From Eledone cirrhosa (taxonomy: Eukaryota), in the NCBI GenBank assembly GCA_964016885.1, contig OZ024742.1, positions 369,086,001-369,150,000 of the forward strand: a stretch of 64,000 nucleotides of DNA. The letters are read 5' to 3'. The translations under genes were made by a program, and so were the position numbers. Below are positions 49,840-64,000 of the stretch, piece after piece. Under the pieces are notes generated by a model. It saw only the letters and a program-made list of their open reading frames with translations. It was not told the DNA's origin and did no database searches. Numbering within the stretch: the stretch's first letter is position 1; the number at the start of each line of letters is the position of its first letter.

Positions 49840-50519
49840 GTGTGTGTGTGTGTGTCAGTGTGTGGTTGTGTCAGTGTGTGTGTGTGTGTGTCAGTGTGTG
49901 TGTGTGTGTGTGTCAGTGTGTGTGGTTGTGTCAGTGTGTGTGGTTGTGTTAGTGTGTGTGGTTGTGTCAGTGTGTGTATGTCAGTGTGAGTGTGTGTGTG
50001 TGTGTTGTGTCAGTGTGTGGTTGTGTCAGTGTGTGTGTGTCTATGTGAACTATGAGAGAGAGAGAGAGAGAGAGAGAGCTGCGTGAGAGAGAGAGAGAGC
50101 TGCGTGAGAGAGAGAGAGAGCTGCGTGAGAGAGAGAGAGCTGCGTGAGAGAGAGAGAGAGAGCTGCGTGAGAGAGAGAGAGAGAGCTGCGTGAGAGAGAG
50201 AGCTGCGTGAGAGAGAGAGAGAGCTGCGTGAGAGAGAGAGAGAGCTGCGTGAGAGTGAGAGAGAGCTGCGTGAGAGAGAGAGCTGCGTGAGAGAGAGAGC
50301 TGCGTGAGAGAGAAAGAGAGAGCTGCGTGTGAGTGAGAGAGAGAGAGCTGCGTGTGAGTGAAAGAGAGAGAGCTGCTTGTGAGAGAGAGAGAGAGCTGTG
50401 AGAGAGAGCTGTGTGTGAGAGAGAGAGCTGCGTGTGAGAGAGAGAGAGAGCTGGGTGTGAGAGAGAGAGAGCTGGGTGTGAGAGAGAGAGAGCTGGGTGT
50501 GAGAGAGAGAGAGAGCTGC

Positions 50520-50558
<39 letters not shown>

Positions 50559-53500
50559 GTGTGAGAGAGAGCGAGAGAGCTGTGTGTGAGAGAGAGCGAG
50601 AGAGCTGTGTGTGAGAGAGAGAGAGCTGTGTGTGAGTGAGAGAGCTGCGTGTGAGAGAGAGAGTTGCGTTTGAGAGAGAGAGCTGCGTGTGAGAGAGAGA
50701 GAGTTGCGTGTGAGAGAGAGAGAGCTGCGTGTGAGAGAGAGAGAGCTGCGTGTGAGAGAGAGAGAGCTGCGTGTGAGAGAGAGCTGCGTGTGAGAGAGAG
50801 AGCTGTGTGTGAGAGAGGGAGCAGTGTGAGAGAGGGAGCAGTGTGAGAGAGGGAGCAGTGTGAGAGAGGGAGCAGTGTGAGAGAGGGAGCAGTGTGAGAG
50901 AGGGAGCAGTGTGAGAGAGGGAGCAGTGTGAGAGAGGGAGCAGTGTGAGAGAGGGAGCAGTGTGAGAGAGGGAGCAGTGTGAGAGAGAGCTGTGTGTGAG
51001 AGGGCGCTGTGTGAGAGAGAGCTGTCTGTGAGAGAGAGAGCTGTGTGTGAGAGAGAGAGCTGTGTGAGAGAGAGCTGTGTGTGGGAGAGAGAGCTGTTTG
51101 TGAGAGAGAGAGCTGTGTGTGAGAGATCGCTGTGTTAGAGAGAGCTGTGTGTGAGAGATCGCTGTGTGAGAGAGATCGCTGTGTGAGAGAGAGATGTGTG
51201 TGGGAGAGAGATGTGTGTGGGAGAGAGAGCTGTTTGTGAGAGTGAGAGCTGTTTGTGAGAGTGAGAGCTGTGTGTGAGAGATCGCTGTGTGTGAGAGAGA
51301 GCTGTGTGTGAGAGAGAGCTGTGTGTGAGAGAGCGCTGTGTGTGATAGAGCGCTGTGTGAAAGAGAGCTGTGTGTGTAAGAGAGAGCTGTTTTTGAGAGA
51401 GAGAGCTGTTTGTGAGAGAGAGAGCTGTGTGTGAGAGAGCGCTGTGTGAGAGAGAGCTGTGTGTGATAGAGCGCTGTGTGAGAGAGCTGTGTGTGGGAGA
51501 GAGAGCTGTGTGTGGGAGAGAGAGCTGTTTGTGGGAGAGAGAGCTGTTTGTGGGAGAGAGAGCTGTTTGTGGGAGAGAGAGCTGTTTGTGGGAGAGAGAG
51601 CTGTTTGTGAGAGAGAGAGCTGTTTGTGAGAGAGAGAGCTGTGTGAGAGAGAGAGCTGTTTGTGAGAGAGAGCTGTGTGAGAGAGAGCTGTGTGAGAGAG
51701 AGCTGTGTGAGAGAGAGCTGTGTGTGGGAGAGAGAGCTGCGTGTGTGAGAGAGAGCTGTGTGTGAGAGAGAGAGCTGTGTGTGAGAGAGAGAGCTGTGTG
51801 TGAGAGAGAGAGCTGTGTGTGAGAGAGAGAGCTGTGTGTGAGAGAGAGAGCTGTGTGTGAGAGAGAGAGCTGTGTGTGAGAGAGAGCTGTGTGTGAGAGA
51901 GAGAGAGCTGTGTGAGAGAGAGCTGTGTGAGAGAGAGCTGTGTGTGAGAGAGCTGTGTGTGAGAGAGAGAGCTGTGTGAGAGAGAGAGCTGTGTGAGAGA
52001 GAGAGCTGTGTGTGAGAGAGAGAGCTGTGTGTGAGAGAGAGCTGTGTGTGAGAGAGAGAGCTGTGTGTGAGAGAGAGAGCTGTGTGTGAGAGAGAGAGCT
52101 GTGTGTGAGAGAGAGAGAGCTGTGTGTGAGAGAGAGAGCTGTGTGTGAGAGAGAGAGCTGTGTGTGAGAGGGCGCTGTGTGTGAGAGGGCGCTGTGTGTG
52201 AGAGAGAGAGCTGTGTGTGAGAGAGAGAGCTGTGTGTGAGAGAGAGAGCTGTGTGTGAGAGAGAGAGCTGTGTGTGAGAGAGAGAGCTGTGTGTGAGAGA
52301 GGGAGCTGTGTGTGAGAGAGGGAGCTGTGTGTGAGAGAGAGAGCTGTATGGGAGAGAGAGCTGTGTGTGAGAGAGAGCTGTGTGTGAGAGAGCGCTGTAT
52401 GTGAAAGGGCGCTGTGTGTGAGAGAGCGCTGTGTGTGAGAGAGAGAGCTGTATGTGAGAGAGCGCTGTGTGTGAGAGAGAGAGAGCTGTATGTGAGAGAG
52501 CGCTGTATGTGAGAGAGAGAGCTGTATGTGAGAGAGAGAGAGCTGTCTGAGAGAGCACTGTGTGTGAGAGAGCGCTGTGTGTGAGAGAGAGAGAGCTGTG
52601 TGTGAGAGAGAGAGCTGTGTGTGAGAGAGAGAGCTGTGTGTGAGAGAGAGAGCTGTGTGTGAGAGAGAGAGCTGTATGTGAGAGAGAGAGCTGTATGTGA
52701 GAGAGAGAGCTGTATGTGAGAGAGAGAGCTGTATGTGAGAGAGAGAGCTGTATGTGAGAGAGCGCTGTATGTGAGAGAGAGAGCTGTATGTGAGAGAGAG
52801 AGCTGTATGTGAGAGAGAGCTGTGTGTGAGAGAGAGCTGTGTGTGAGAGAGAGCTGTGTGTGAGAGAGAGCTGTGTGTGAGAGAGAGAGCTGTGTGTGAG
52901 AGGGCGCTGTGTGTGAGAGGGCGCTGTGTGTGAGAGAGAGAGCTGTATGTGAGAGAGAGAGAGCTGTCTGAGAGAGCACTGTGTGTGAGAGAGCGCTGTG
53001 TGTGAGAGAGAGAGAGCTGTGTGTGAGAGAGAGAGCTGTGTGTGAGAGAGAGAGCTGTGTGTGAGAGAGAGAGCTGTGTGTGAGAGAGAGAGCTGTATGT
53101 GAGAGAGAGAGCTGTATGTGAGAGAGAGAGCTGTATGTGAGAGAGAGAGCTGTATGTGAGAGAGAGAGCTGTATGTGAGAGAGCGCTGTATGTGAGAGAG
53201 AGAGCTGTATGTGAGAGAGAGAGCTGTATGTGAGAGAGAGCTGTGTGTGAGAGAGAGCTGTGTGTGAGAGAGAGCTGTGTGTGAGAGAGAGCTGTGTGTG
53301 AGAGAGAGCTGTGTGTGAGAGAGAGCTGTGTGTGAGAGAGAGCTGTGTGTGAGAGAGAGCTGTGTGTGAGAGAGAGCTGTGTGTGAGAGAGAGAGCTGTG
53401 TGTGAGAGAGAGCTGTGTGTGAGAGGGCGCTGTGTGTGAGAGAGAGCTGTGTGTGAGAGAGAGCTGTGTGTGAGAGAGAGCTGTGTGTGAGAGAGAGCTG

Positions 53501-53800
53501 TGTGTGAGAGAGAGAGCTGTGTGTGAGAGAGAGCTGTGTGTGAGAGGGCGCTGTGTGTGAGAGAGAGCTGTGTGTGAGAGAGAGCTGTGTGTGAGAGAGA
53601 GCTGTGTGTGAGAGAGAGCTGTGTGTGAGAGAGAGCTGTGTGTGAGAGAGAGCTGTGTGTGAGAGAGAGCTGTGTGTGAGAGAGAGCTGTGTGTGAGAGA
53701 GAGCTGTGTGTGAGAGAGAGCTGTGTGTGAGAGAGAGAGCTGTGTGTGAGAGAGAGCTGTGTGTGAGAGGGCGCTGTGTGTGAGAGGGCGCTGTGTGAGA
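49840..53800. repeat. TG/TCAG tract followed by a ~3.7-kb (GA)nGC(TG)n compound satellite
   Basis: Read directly from the sequence. Confidence 0.95.
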
Positions 53801-53863
53801 AAAAATAAATATTATGTCTTTTGTTAAAACCAGCCAGTGCAACAGTAGCAGACTACCAACAGA

Positions 53864-55378
53864 TATCACCACTACCACTACCACCACCACCAACAACACC
53901 AATATCACCACTACCACCACCACCAACAACACCAATATCACCACTACCACTACCACCACCACCAACAACACCAATATCACCACTACCACTACCACCACCA
54001 CCAACAACACCAATATCACCACTACCACTACCACCACCACCACCAACACCAATATCACCACTACCACTACCACCACCACCAACAACACCAATATCACCAC
54101 TACCACTACCACCACCACCAACACCACTACTAACACCACTACCACTACCACCACCACCAACAACACCAATATCACCACCACCACCAACACCAATATCACC
54201 ACTACCACCACCACCAACAACACCAATATCACCACTACCACTACCACCACCACCAACAACACCAATATCACCACTACCACCACCACCAACACCAATATCA
54301 CCACTACCACCACCACCAACAACACCAATATCACCACTACCACTACCACCACCACCAACAACACCAATATCACCACTACCAACAACAACACCAATATCAC
54401 CACTACCACCACCACCAACACCAATATCACCACTACCACCACCACCACCAACAACACCAATATCACCACTACCACCACCACCAACACCAATATCACCACT
54501 ACCACCACCACCACCACCAACACCAATAACACCACTGCCACTACCACCACCACCAACAACACCAATATCACCACTACCACCACCACCAATATCACCACTA
54601 CCACCACCACCACCACCAATAACACCACTGCCACTACCACCACCACCAACAACACCAATATCACCACTACCACCACCACCAACACCAATAACACCAATAA
54701 CACCACTGCCACTACCACCAACAACAACACCAATATCACCACTACCACTACCACCACCAACACCAATAACACCACTGCCACTACCACCAACAACAACACC
54801 AATATCACCACCAACACCAATATCACCACTACCACCACCAACAACAACACCAATATCACCACTACCACCACCAACAACAACACCAATATCACCAACAACA
54901 CCAATACCACCACTACCACTGCAACTACCACCACCACCACCAATATCACCACTACCACTGCCACTACCACCACCACCAACAACACCACTAATATCACCAC
55001 TACCACTGCCACCACCACCACCAATATCACCACTACCACCACCAACAACAACACCAATATCACCACTACCACCACCACCACCACCAATATCACCACTACC
55101 ACCACCAACAACAACACCAATATCACCACTACCACCACCACCACCAACACCAATAACACCACTGCCACTACCACCACCACCAACAACACCAATATCACCA
55201 ACAACACCAATACCACCACTACCACTGCCACTACCACCACCACCACCAATATCACCACTACCACTGCCACTACCACCACCACCAACAACACCACTAATAT
55301 CACCACTACCACTGCCACCACCAACACCAATATCACCACTACCACCACCACTACCACCACCACTACTACCACTACAAT
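53864..55378. repeat. (CCA/CTA/ACA)n satellite with CACCAATATCACCACTA core
   Basis: Read directly from the sequence. Confidence 0.95.
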
Positions 55379-55454
55379 ACTAATGATTGTATAATAGAAA
55401 CGAGCGTTAATCTTTAAGTCAATAAGAGATAAATGTGAAGTTAAACCAATATGC

Positions 55455-55870
55455 TGGTGGTGGAGGTGGTGGTAGTAGTGGTAGTGGTGGTGGTGGTAGT
55501 GGTGGTGGTGGTAGTGGTGGTGGTAGTGGTGGTGGTGGTAGTAGTGGTGGTGGTGGTGGTAGTGGTGGTAGTAGTGGTGGTGGTAGTGGTAGTGGTGGTG
55601 GTAGTGGCAGTGGTGGTAGTGGTGGTGGTAGTGGCAGTGGTGGTAGTGGTGGTAGTGGTGGTGGTGTTGGTGTTGTTGGTGTTGGTGTTGTTGTTGGTGA
55701 TGGTGGTAGTCGTGGTGTTGGTGTTGGTGGTGGTGGCAGTGATGTTGGTGGTGTTGGTGGTGGTGGTAGTGGTATTGGTGGAAGTGGTGGTGGTCGTGGA
55801 GGGTGTGGTGGTGGTCGTGGAGGTTGTGGTGGTGGTAGTGGCGGTAGTGGTAGTAGTGGTGGTGGTTGTT
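55455..55870. repeat. (GGT/AGT)n tract
   Basis: Read directly from the sequence. Confidence 0.95.
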
Positions 55871-56282
55871 GTGATTAACAAACGAAGGAAAGATATGAAG
55901 ATGACGCCTTGAAAAGAGGTTTATTTAGCTGATGTTAATTACACACACAACTATATATATATATGTGGGTGTGTAGTATACCGCGATGGACTAGTGTGTA
56001 TGTGGTGGCTGTGTGAGGGTGTGTGAGGGTGTGTGAAGGTGGCTTGCTACGTTTTAGGAAATATGCAGAAATGTGATTTCAGAATAAAATGCCTGCACAA
56101 CGGTGCTGAAATATGTTAGCGTCTATAATAGTTCACATGTCTTTCACGATGAAAATATAAACACAAATATATAAATACATATGTTAACATATACATAAAC
56201 ACTAATATATAAATACATATAAACACAACTATTGCTGGAACCTTACCAATACTAAATACAACAAAATATATGACCAGAAACG

Positions 56283-57426
56283 TATATATATATATATATA
56301 TAAATAAATATAATATATATAATATATATATATATATATATAAATAAATATAATATATATAATATATATATATATATAAATAAATATAATATATATAATA
56401 TATATATATATATAAATAAATATAATATATATAATATATATATATATATAAATAAATATAATATATATAATATATATATATAAATAAATATAATATATAT
56501 AATATATATATATATAAATAAATATATATATATATATATATAAATAAATATATATATATATATATATAAATATATATATATAAATAAATATATATATATA
56601 TATATATGAATAAATATAATATATATATATATGAATAAATATTATATATATATATAAATAAGTATAATATATATATATAAATAAGTATAATATATATATA
56701 TAAATAAGTATAATATATATATATAAATATAATATATATATATATAAATAAATATAATATATATATATATAAATAAATATAATAAATATATATATAAATA
56801 AATATAATATATATATATATAAATAAATATAATATATATATATATAAATAAATATAATATACATATATATATATATATAATATATAATATATATATATAT
56901 AAATATATATATAATATATATATATATAAATATATATACATATAAATAAATAAAATATATATATATAAATAAATATAATATATATATAAATAAATAAATA
57001 TAATATATATATAAATAAATAAATATAATATATATATATATATAAATAATATATATATAAATAAATAAATATAATATATATATATATATAAATAATATAT
57101 ATATATATATAAATAAATATAATATATATATATATATAAATAAATATAATATATATATATAAATAAATATAATATATATATATATATATAAATAAATATA
57201 ATATATATATATATATATATAATAAATAATATATAAATAAATAAATATAATATATATATAAATAAATAATGTATATATATATATATATATATATAAATAT
57301 TATATATATATAAAATAATATATAAATAAATAAATATAATATATATATAAATAAATAATTATATATATATATATATATATATAATATTATATATATATAA
57401 ATAAATATATATATATATATATATAA

Positions 57427-57482
<56 letters not shown>
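56283..57482. repeat. (TA)n/TAAA low-complexity tract
   Basis: Read directly from the sequence. Runs into the gap. Confidence 0.95.
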
Positions 57483-57682
57483 NNNNNNNNNNNNNNNNNN
57501 NNNNNNNNNNNNNNNNNNNNNNNNNNNNNNNNNNNNNNNNNNNNNNNNNNNNNNNNNNNNNNNNNNNNNNNNNNNNNNNNNNNNNNNNNNNNNNNNNNNN
57601 NNNNNNNNNNNNNNNNNNNNNNNNNNNNNNNNNNNNNNNNNNNNNNNNNNNNNNNNNNNNNNNNNNNNNNNNNNNNNNNNNN
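57483..57682. other. Assembly gap (200 N)
   Basis: The round-number N run suggests a fixed-size scaffolding gap. Confidence 0.99.
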
Positions 57683-57699
57683 TATATATAATATTTATT

Positions 57700-57730
<31 letters not shown>

Positions 57731-58196
57731 TTATATATATATATGCATGTATGTACTATGTATGTGTATATATATATGCCTGAGTGTACTATGTATTTAC
57801 ATATATATGTGTGTAGGTATATATATATATATATATATATATACACGAGTGTGCATGTGTGTGTGTACCACATATAATTTGATATATCTTTCGGTTTAAT
57901 ACCATTTGCCCCAATCTCGACCTGAGTTGAAAGTATTATTTATTATTTGCAGGATTCATTTGATAAAACTACAGCCATATTAATTAATTAATTTTCGTTT
58001 GTCCATAGATAATTAATCTCATCTGTCCGTTTTTTCCTATCCACTTCATTAATGAGTATACCTACCTCTATACCGGATTAAACAGTCCGGATTAAACAGT
58101 GCACTTATTGATCATAGCCAGAATTTTATATTGAATTATACTATTGTAACGTCCGGCCTCTCAAAGAAATATATATATATAATATATATATATAAT

Positions 58197-58247
<51 letters not shown>

Positions 58248-58322
58248 TATATAATATACATATATATAATATACATATATATAATATACATAATATATAT
58301 ATATAATATACATAATATATAT

Positions 58323-58402
<80 letters not shown>

Positions 58403-58780
58403 TATATTGTTATACTTGGGGAGGGTCTTATTTGTGTAATAATATTGCCAGAATTAATAACAGAACACACTCACAGTTTGGTTGGTTTTCGCTTCTGTGT
58501 CTTTTATATCGGTTAATTTAATTTATTCGGTCCTCAATGTTGCCATTGACTGACCAACGGTCAAAAATACAGATACAATATAGACACAAACACATATATA
58601 TAGTCTAACAAAGTTCTTTCGTTGCACATCTGCAACATCGTCAGTGGTGCTATTATGTTTCCTCCTGTTGTATTGTATGCCTACGCCATCATACGATTTC
58701 ATATCAAAAACCTCGCAAAACTAATATATATATATATATAAATATAATTTGTATATATAGATAGATATAGGTATATATAG

Positions 58781-59160
58781 TAATAATTGTTTCTACTTTT
58801 AGCACAAGGCCAGCAATTATCCCAGTGTATTACTAGTATTTTATTTTATCGATCCCGTAAGGATGAAAGGCAAAGTTAACCTCGGCGGGATTTGAACTCA
58901 GATCATATATATATATATATATATATTTATAGTAATAATTGTTTCTACTTTTGGTACAAGGCCAGCAGTGAACCAGTGCATTACTGGTACTTTATTTTAT
59001 CTACCCCGTAAGGATGAAAGGCAAAGTTAACCTCGGTGGGATTTGAACTCAGACCGTAACAATCCCCCCCCCCCCCATATAGAGTAATAATTGTTTCTAC
59101 TTTTGACACAAGGCTAGCAAATACCCAGTGCATTACTGGTACTTTATTTTATCGACCCCG
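58781..59160 (-). mobile_element. Cluster of three partial SINE family A copies
   Basis: TAATAATTGTTTCTACTTTT... begins at ~58781, ~58933 and ~59085. Further copies lie at ~60765-60890 (+) and ~63133-63270 (-). Confidence 0.82.
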
Positions 59161-59747
59161 CAATATAGTAATAATAATAATTAGATAGATAGATGTGTTG
59201 GTATATATATAATCTCTCGACCTTTTTCTTATAAATAGGCAGCATGGGCATGACTTTTTAACCCTACCAAGGACTTAGATTCCTTTCTGCATATGCTGTA
59301 GCGAAGGAAAAAAGAAAAGGTTATGCTCACGCAACACACATTAAAGTTGTTTATATTAAGTGATGCCTGTGCTTGAAGGTTTTTAAGAAAGACCTTGCAC
59401 TAGACCAATCCCACTCTCTGAACAGTGACAGGTATCCAAAAAGAAGAACAGGTCAACATGAAATCGCTGTCGTCAAGTCACAGGTTTTACATTAGAGTTT
59501 ATTTTTCTTTATGGAATGATGTCCTAACAAAAACTTAGTGATTCTCACTCGCGGTCAGCTAACAGCGTTTTCGGTCAGCAGTCCGACTATTTCCATCTCC
59601 TTACGCATATATATATAACAAAGAAAGTGTGGTTCGATACTTAGGGTAGTTGAGTGGGTAATAGGAAAAGAGTCAGGACCCCGACGGCGTTCGGATCTAG
59701 CTGTCGAAACGGCCAGAGCTCAGCCGCCGGAGTCCTGACTGTTTTCC

Positions 59748-59790
<43 letters not shown>

Positions 59791-60025
59791 CTGTTGGGTT
59801 CAATCAGAGGTAACCACAGTAAGTAAGGTACTCAATACAAAGTAGAGTATAAATGTTTAATATAGATGATTTCCTTCGAATGAAACAGTTCTAGTCTAGA
59901 AGCCGTTTCTATATTAAGTATATATATATATGTATATATATGTGTGTGTGTGTGTATGTGTGTAGTGTAGCTGATACACTATAAAAATCTAAATACAAGT
60001 AAACGAAACTTCATCGTTTTTATTA

Positions 60026-60058
<33 letters not shown>

Positions 60059-61391
60059 TACACACACATATATATATATATGTCTCTGTGTGTGTGTGTA
60101 TATTCATATGCGTTTAGTATTGAGAGTCGAGAGAATAAATACTCAATAGCATTGTAGAGATAAATAGTTTTGTTAAAGTCGAGAAAGTGTCGTGTTAACT
60201 TTGGATATTTTGTCCCGTACTGTGTATGCCATAGTAATGTGTGTTTGATATACACGCACGCGCATGTGTGTGTGTATGTATGCGTGTGTGTATGTGTGTG
60301 TACAATTACAATCGAAAGAAAGAGTATTGAATACATTCTTTCTGAAGTAGATATTTATAAGTTAACTGGTAATTTACATCCCCCCCCCCCTTTACTCGGA
60401 GGTTCCGTGCCACGTGTGCCGTCGTTCAACCATCGGCTAGATAACAATCATACATATACACATACTCGCATATATATATACATACACACATACATATACA
60501 CATACTCGCATATATATATATATATATATACATACACACATACATATACACATACTCGCATATATATATATATACATACACATATACACATACTCGCATA
60601 TATATATATATACATACACACATACATATATACACACACACACATATTTATATACACACACACATACATACATACACACATGCATATGTGCATACACGCA
60701 TATACATATATATACACACACACAAATACCCACATACATACATATTATTTCGTCTACCACGTTCAGGTGGTGAATAGCCTCAGTCGGTAGAGCGTCAGAA
60801 TAAATGCGTTAGCTCTCTGCATTCTGAGTTCAAATCCTCCTGAGGGCAACTTCGCTTTCATCCTTTCGATGGTCGATAAATAAAGTCTAAAGGGGGTGGT
60901 GAGTTTCTGGAATGGTTAGAATCTGTCGCATGGGATGCTTTTGTGGTATCTGTGAGTTTTAGTTTCCAATCCGGCTTCTAAACACCAGAAAAGCAGTCAG
61001 TTGTGTCTAAAAGGTAGTATCAGCAATGGAAATACCAATGGAAACATTGCTTACCTGGTCCGATCTGATGATCGGCTTCTTTCTTCTGCCCAGAATTTTG
61101 ACCGGCAGATACTGTAAGCAATAAAATAACCAATGGAAACATTGTTTTCTCGGTCCGATATGGTGATAAGTTCTTTTCTTCTGGAGACAGTATCAGTAAT
61201 GGAAACATTGTTTCCTCGGTCCGATCTATTGCTCGGCTTCCTTCCCTCCTTCTATCCTGTTCAGACATTATCGAATAACTTGGTTAAAAGACTCAGCATG
61301 CCGATACCGGCTTACCTGTGTGGGGAGATGGGGCCAAATCTCCGTTTTCAATTGTTCGTACTGCCTCTCTCTTTTGTTCCCGTTCAATTTT

Positions 61392-61449
<58 letters not shown>

Positions 61450-61658
61450 CTTTTATCCTTCTATGTTGTTTACTTGTCCCCCTCGCTTTACGCGATTTAC
61501 TGGTCCCAATAACTTTCTTTAGTTATTGCTCGCACCAATCTGAGGTGTATGATTTTTAATGCGATGAAATACCAATGATGGTTGGAAAATCACTGACGAA
61601 GGACTATTTTTATCATATGTAACCCATGTGCAACCACGCAGTATTCTTCTTTCTTCTC

Positions 61659-61706
<48 letters not shown>

Positions 61707-61875
61707 GATATTCAGGCCGTTTCAACAGCTAGATCGGATCTAGCTTTCGGAGTCCTGAATTTGTTCAGATTACCCACTCTACTACCCCAAGTATCGAGTA
61801 CTCTGGTAAATAATGGTCTAACTGTTTTTACCGCCTCCATTCTGATATATATATATTTCTGTTTACCTTTTACAT

Positions 61876-61970
<95 letters not shown>

Positions 61971-62394
61971 TAAAGTCTATCTTAAGCCTGAAGACTCATT
62001 TGGCCGGTGCTTATGCCGGTTTCATGGCGTGAAGTGACTGAGAGTAAAGGACTCCCCGCTGGACAGGACGCCAGTCCATCGCAGGGTTTAAACCCCCAGC
62101 TATTGCTGGTACTCATTTTCAGCTGAGTATACTGGAGCAATATATATATATATATATATATATGAGAGGGAGAGAGGGAGAGAAAAAATGAGAAAAGGGG
62201 GAATGTGCTATTAACTTTGCGCTTTATACTTGCTAGTTGTTTTAATTGCTGTTCCACTGTCTCAAAAGAAGTGGGCGAAAAGATCTCCCTATAGTAACTA
62301 CTGGAAAGACCATGAGTAGTTGAGATGAGAGACAAGCGTATACACAGCTATATTCCGAGTAGCTAAGGAGTAAATTACTGTGACTCATAAATAG

Positions 62395-62425
<31 letters not shown>

Positions 62426-62430
62426 GATAG

Positions 62431-63064
62431 ATTTCTTTATTTACCATAAAGGCATAAAAAGAAGGGACAAATACAAAGGGGGAGTTTACATATAATCGAG
62501 TAAAAAGGGTGTAACATGAAAATAATCGAAAATAACCTCAAAAGGGAGGGGACGTGATGGGGGTTGCACACACCCCCGAAAAAGTGTGCAATCCTTTGCC
62601 CGGGGAGCACATGGAGAAGGTGCTCCCCTCTCCTTTACTTCTTTACCTACAGGATGGTATACAGAGAAGGCCCATTTACACGAGCCATTCTCGCCACTAT
62701 CACCCACCTTTCATAAAACTGCCTGTGGCCAAGCACCTCTCTCTCCATTCTTATCCTTCTTCCGAAGTGATATCGGAAGAAGTAGACCAGACTATGGCCA
62801 GAGAGGAAGTTGCCTGACCTCAGACCTTTCAATCGTGTCCACCAAACAACCTCTTTCAACATGGCTATTACGCACAGAAAAACCGCCTTTGCTTCCTTTG
62901 TGAAGAGGGGAGGCGGTTTGATTGTCATCACGGACTCGGCGGTCAATTTAATCGGCGCCACCCGCGACAGCAGTTGTTCGGCGTAGCCCCACAGATCAGT
63001 CACGCCCGGACATTGCACCAATGCGTGCGCCACGGTTTCTTCGTGACGCACGCATCTAGGGCAT
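62431..63064 (-). mobile_element. 5'-truncated Tx1-clade LINE
   Basis: CPRCVRHEETVAHALVQC...RMARVNGPSLY plus 3' UTR. (GATA)n on both sides. Confidence 0.92.
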
Positions 63065-63429
63065 AATAAATAGATAGATAGATAGATAGATAGATAGACA
63101 AGGCCGGGACGTAAATTCATATCTTTACAGTGAATAATTGTTTCTACTTTTTGGTACAAAGCCAGAAATTTGAAGGAAAGTCGATTAAATCAACCCCAGT
63201 GCATTGCTGGTGATTTTATCCAGTCCGTAAAGACGAAAGGCAAAGTTAATCTCGGTGGGATTTGAACTCAATGTAATTTCTCCAGGATTACGAATAAATT
63301 TATGGTTAAACTAAATTTTCTTCTAGAAAGAAACTGGGGCAAGTTTTAGATTTTTAAAATGTGAGCTATTTATAGTTGTTTCCTGATCTATCGAATTTCT
63401 CCAACTAGAGACTAAACAGGGATCAATGG

Positions 63430-64000
63430 GTTGGAGTGGGAAGGGTTTGTGGTACGGTGGGGTATGGTATAGGGAAGTGTGGTGTGGGATGTGCTGTCGT
63501 GTCGTGTCATGTCATGTAGTGTGATGTGGTGTAGTATGGTGTGGTGTTGTATAGTGTGGTTTGATGCGATGTGGTGGGTGTAGTGTGCTGTAATGCAGTG
63601 TGTATCATGGTGTATCGTGGTGGGGTGAGGTGCAATGTGGTGTGGTAATGTAGCGTAGTGGAGTGTGGCGTGGTGTAATATAGAGTAGTGTAGTGTAGTG
63701 TAGTGTAGTACAGTATGTTGTACTGTAGTATGATATAATGTGGTAAAGTTGTATAATATAGTAAGGTGGAGTGTAGTGTAGCGTAGTGGAGTGTGGCGTG
63801 CTGTAGTATAGAGTAGTGTAGTGTAGTGTAGTGTAGTACAGTATGTTGTACTGTAGTATGATATAATGTGGTAAGGTTGTATAATATAGTAAGGTGGGGC
63901 GTAGTGTAGCGTAGTGGAGTGTGGCTTGGTGTAATATAGAGTAGTGTAGTGTAGTGTAGTACAGTATGTTGTACTGTAGTATGATATAATGTGGTAAAGT
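63430..64000. repeat. (TGTAG/TGTGG)n pentamer satellite with a ~128-bp higher-order unit
   Basis: TAGCGTAGTGGAGTGTGGC... recurs at ~63651, ~63779 and ~63907. Confidence 0.85.

Noticed and set aside
49967-55394. Very long ORFs (1801, 614, 526 and 520 aa; mucin- or extensin-like)
   Set aside because: They are translations of stop-poor simple repeats, open in several frames on both strands, with no splice or domain evidence.
56116-57873. 585-aa ORF and any structure spanning the gap
   Set aside because: It consists of TA repeats and Ns. True distance and adjacency across the gap are unknown.

Overview
This is a repeat-saturated eukaryotic window with no recognisable host gene. The repeat content (tRNA-derived SINEs with RTE-type (GAT)n tails, RTE and Tx1 LINEs, abundant micro- and minisatellites) looks like an octopus/cephalopod genome, but that is inference only. 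Main contents: one apparently full-length but frameshifted Tx1/L1-clade LINE (~42.5-48.0 kb, minus) plus three 5'-truncated relatives, all sitting in simple repeats; three long RTE-clade LINE copies whose RT carries an in-frame C4HC3 PHD finger between KTKV and FRYLG; many short RTE tails and SINEs; non-autonomous DNA elements (piggyBac-like TTAA MITEs, mariner/Tc1 derivatives, a TGT...ACA element, a Helitron); Penelope remnants including a degenerate hammerhead-like motif; large tandem arrays (59, 29, 24 and 72 bp units); and a 200-N scaffold gap. Best leads: (1) the PHD-in-RT RTE family, (2) possible (TCTA/TCTG)n targeting by the Tx1 family, (3) a TATACAAGCATATCTATC minisatellite interrupted by about nine TE fragments in 8.7 kb, (4) a MITE end amplified into a 72-bp satellite next to an RTE insertion. 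Coordinates were read by eye and some ends are approximate.
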